NCBI GenBank assembly: GCA_963628765.1
Contig: CAVGFV010000099.1
Span: forward strand, 1 to 62,448
From: Succinimonas sp.
Lineage (GTDB): Bacteria; Pseudomonadota; Gammaproteobacteria; Enterobacterales; Succinivibrionaceae
DNA length: 62,448 nucleotides
Direction: 5' to 3'
Made by a program: the position numbers and the translations under genes. The number at the start of each line of letters is the position of its first letter. Within the stretch, counting starts at the first letter, position 1. This document shows, one piece after another, positions 59,796-62,448 of this stretch. The notes below the pieces were generated by a model, which saw only the letters and a program-made list of their open reading frames with translations, did not search any database and was not told the origin of the DNA.

Positions 59796-62399
59796 ATGCA
59801 GGAAGCGGCCACTTTCATTCCCGAAGAAGCTATAACAATGGAAAATGGTCGCGAGGCCATTAAAAAGCATTTTGATTATTTGGCTACCTGTTTTACGGAG
59901 GGGGTTCCTGTCTCAGAGCTCGTGCAACATCGCACGGAATTCATAGATAACCTTCTTAGAAAAATTTGGAAACAATTTGGACTTGATACCTTTTCGAATC
60001 TTGCACTTATTGCAGTAGGTGGCTATGGTAGAGGGGATCTCCAACCACATTCCGATATTGATATTCTTATTTTGTCTTCCGATCTTCTTGAAGATAAGAT
60101 TAAAGAAATTATCCCAACATTTTCCAGCTTACTTTGGGATCTCAAATTAGATTTAGGGCAGTCCGTAAGAACTATTGCGGAGTGCCTTACCGAAGGTAGA
60201 AAAGACGTTACTATTGCGACTAACCTTCTAGAAACACGCCTTATTACAGGCAACAGTCAAACCTACGACAAGCTAAGGGAAGCCGTTAACGATCCTAATT
60301 TTTGGCCGGCCAAAGAATTTTTTCAGGCAAAACTTGATGAGCAAAATGGAAGACACCATTACTATAAAGATACTGTCTACATGCTAGAGCCTGATATCAA
60401 GAATAATCCCGGGGGACTTCGTGATATCCAAACTATGCTTTGGGTAGCACGAAAGGCCTATGGGGTTACTAGTATTCGTGAGCTTATGGAAAAGAAGCTC
60501 CTAAACCGTATTGAGTGCTATGAGCTTACAAGTTGCCAAGATTTTCTCTGGCGCGTAAGATTCGCTCTCCACCTTATCCTCACCCGCCCTGATAACCGCC
60601 TAACCTTTGATAGACAAAGAAGTATTGCCATTAATCTTGGCTATGCAGGAGATGGTAACACTCCAGTAGAAACCCTAATGAAACGTTTCTACCAAACCAC
60701 TCATACAGTCCATGAGTTAAATGAAATCTTCATGCAAATTATGGAAAACAATCTTTTCCCTGAAAAGATTCCTCCTGTTGTAGCCATGAATCAATATTTC
60801 ATTTTCCGGGGCACCTTAATTGATGTTCAAGATCGCAACATCTTCATCAGAAAACCAGAAGTTATTTTGGAGCTCTTTTTAACCTACACAAAGCACGAAG
60901 AGCTAACCGGTGTCTATACCGAATGTATTCGCAATCTCAGAATTGCAAGAAGAAGCCTTAACCATTACCTTTCAGAACTCCCGGAATGCCGGGAAATCTT
61001 CCGGGAAATTATTGCGGATCCTCGCTCTCTCATAAGAGCCTTCCCAATAATGCATAAGCACCAGATCTTTGCCATGTATATTCCAAGATGGAATGAAATC
61101 CTAGGTCTTATGCAATTCGATATGTTCCATCAATACACAGTGGATGAACATACCTTACGTGTTTTAGAGAGCATCTATAAATTCACCCATAGCACTGATG
61201 AAAAATACGCTCTCTACCAGCAAATATATAACAGCATCGATAAGCCAGAGCTCTTATTCATAGCAGCCCTCTTCCACGATATTGCAAAGGGACGCGGGGG
61301 ACATCATGCGGACTTAGGTGCTCCTGATGCTTTGTACTTTTGTAAACTTCACGGTTATAACCGCTATGAAAGTAGACTCGTGTCCTGGGTTGTTAAAAAA
61401 CACCTTTATATGTCTATTGTGGCCCAAAGACGCGATATTTCCGATCCTGATGTGGTAGCGGATTTTGCGAAGAATGTAGGCGATGAAAGCTATCTAAATT
61501 ACCTTTACTGTCTCACTGTAGCTGATATAAACGCCACCAATGATACAGAATGGAATAGCTACAAGGATTCATTATTTAGGACCCTTTATTTTGCAACTCG
61601 TGATGCTCTCCGTAAAGGTCTAGAAAATCCTCCTGATCTTAGACTTCACGTAAGAGAAAACCAGCAACGAGCTCTTGCCATTTTAGTAAAAATTGGACTC
61701 TCTCCTCTTTCGGTATTTCGAATTTGGAGTAACTTCAAAATTGATTACTTCATTCGTTACCTACCAGAGCAAATAGCTTGGCACACACAAAATATCATTG
61801 CCCATAAATGGACCGATAGTCCATTAATCCTATTTGCCCAAAACACCAAAACAGGTTGCACTGAACTATTTGTCTATTTAAAGGATACAGCAGGAATTTT
61901 TGCGAAAGTATGTAGCATACTCGGCTCTAAAAAGCTCAATATAATGTCCGCAACCATTTCCAACACTAATGAAAACTATGCTCTCGATACCTTTGCCTTT
62001 GTGAAACAAGATGGGCATCAGCTTCCTGTAGATAGAATGGGGTCCATTCGTAAAGCTATTCTATCAGCCCTCACCAGTGCAGAATACACCTACCCTAAGA
62101 TGCCTGAAGTACCAAAACAGCTCAAGCTCTTTAGAGTACCTACCCATGTGCACTTTTTGCCAAATAACGAAAGAAAAACTTCGGAACTAGAGATCTCTAC
62201 CTTGGATCTTCCAGGGATTTTGGCAAGAATAAGCATTATTTTCCAAAAGCATAACCTCTCACTCCATGCGGCCAAAATCACCACTACAGGTGAAAGAGTA
62301 GATGACTTTTTCTCCCTTACCAAAAGCGATGGTTCTCTTATCTCCGAAAAGGATAAACAGCTTATTGAATACGATCTCGTAAATGAGCTTAAACTGTAA
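59796..62399 (+). CDS. glnD: PII uridylyltransferase / uridylyl-removing enzyme
   Basis: AVGGYGRG.L.PHSDID, LEPDIK..PGGLRD, HD motif FHDIAKGRGG, two ACT domains. Confidence 0.98.
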   Translation: MQEAATFIPEEAITMENGREAIKKHFDYLATCFTEGVPVSELVQHRTEFIDNLLRKIWKQFGLDTFSNLALIAVGGYGRGDLQPHSDIDILILSSDLLEDKIKEIIPTFSSLLWDLKLDLGQSVRTIAECLTEGRKDVTIATNLLETRLITGNSQTYDKLREAVNDPNFWPAKEFFQAKLDEQNGRHHYYKDTVYMLEPDIKNNPGGLRDIQTMLWVARKAYGVTSIRELMEKKLLNRIECYELTSCQDFLWRVRFALHLILTRPDNRLTFDRQRSIAINLGYAGDGNTPVETLMKRFYQTTHTVHELNEIFMQIMENNLFPEKIPPVVAMNQYFIFRGTLIDVQDRNIFIRKPEVILELFLTYTKHEELTGVYTECIRNLRIARRSLNHYLSELPECREIFREIIADPRSLIRAFPIMHKHQIFAMYIPRWNEILGLMQFDMFHQYTVDEHTLRVLESIYKFTHSTDEKYALYQQIYNSIDKPELLFIAALFHDIAKGRGGHHADLGAPDALYFCKLHGYNRYESRLVSWVVKKHLYMSIVAQRRDISDPDVVADFAKNVGDESYLNYLYCLTVADINATNDTEWNSYKDSLFRTLYFATRDALRKGLENPPDLRLHVRENQQRALAILVKIGLSPLSVFRIWSNFKIDYFIRYLPEQIAWHTQNIIAHKWTDSPLILFAQNTKTGCTELFVYLKDTAGIFAKVCSILGSKKLNIMSATISNTNENYALDTFAFVKQDGHQLPVDRMGSIRKAILSALTSAEYTYPKMPEVPKQLKLFRVPTHVHFLPNNERKTSELEISTLDLPGILARISIIFQKHNLSLHAAKITTTGERVDDFFSLTKSDGSLISEKDKQLIEYDLVNELKL

Positions 62400-62448
62400 C
62401 GATATAAATTTAGGTATGTAATTTAATTACTAATCTTACGAAACCACT

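Noticed and set aside
59154..59870. 238-aa ORF antisense to map, and the many other shadow ORFs in the track (e.g. 45130-45651, 36586-37122, 21097-21549)
   Set aside because: They overlap well-supported conserved genes, show no recognisable motifs, and are explained by codon bias.

Overview
AT-rich chromosomal core region of a gammaproteobacterium. Gene content and protein style suggest Aeromonadales, probably Succinivibrionaceae (inference, no search run). From left to right: a Vibrio/Aeromonas-type polar flagellum block (flgDCB-cheR-cheV | flgAMN | flgPO | flgT) with recognisable sigma54 and sigma28 promoters; zapB, an HDOD protein and tcdA; an apparently catalytically dead primase-helicase fusion; tRNA-Arg(CCT), a lipoprotein, dusA, a Sel1-repeat protein and tRNA-Leu(CAA); lptGF-holB-tmk-mltG-valS; an orphan 1789-aa PilY1; ispH-lspA-ileS-ribF-murJ; rpsT; an 865-bp non-coding interval; the conserved accA-dnaE-rnhB-lpxB-lpxA-fabZ-lpxD-skp-bamA-rseP-dxr-cdsA-uppS-frr-pyrH-tsf-rpsB cluster; and map-glnD. 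No integrase, recognisable transposase or CRISPR array was seen. The most notable signal is in the rpsT-accA gap. It holds two tandem units, each with a sigmaE-type promoter (GAACTT-N16-TCTAA), a 5' hairpin, an unpaired anti-translation-start linker and an intrinsic terminator, plus a possible third RNA. One linker is perfectly complementary over 11 nt to the flgM ribosome-binding site in this same window. All calls come from manual motif recognition.
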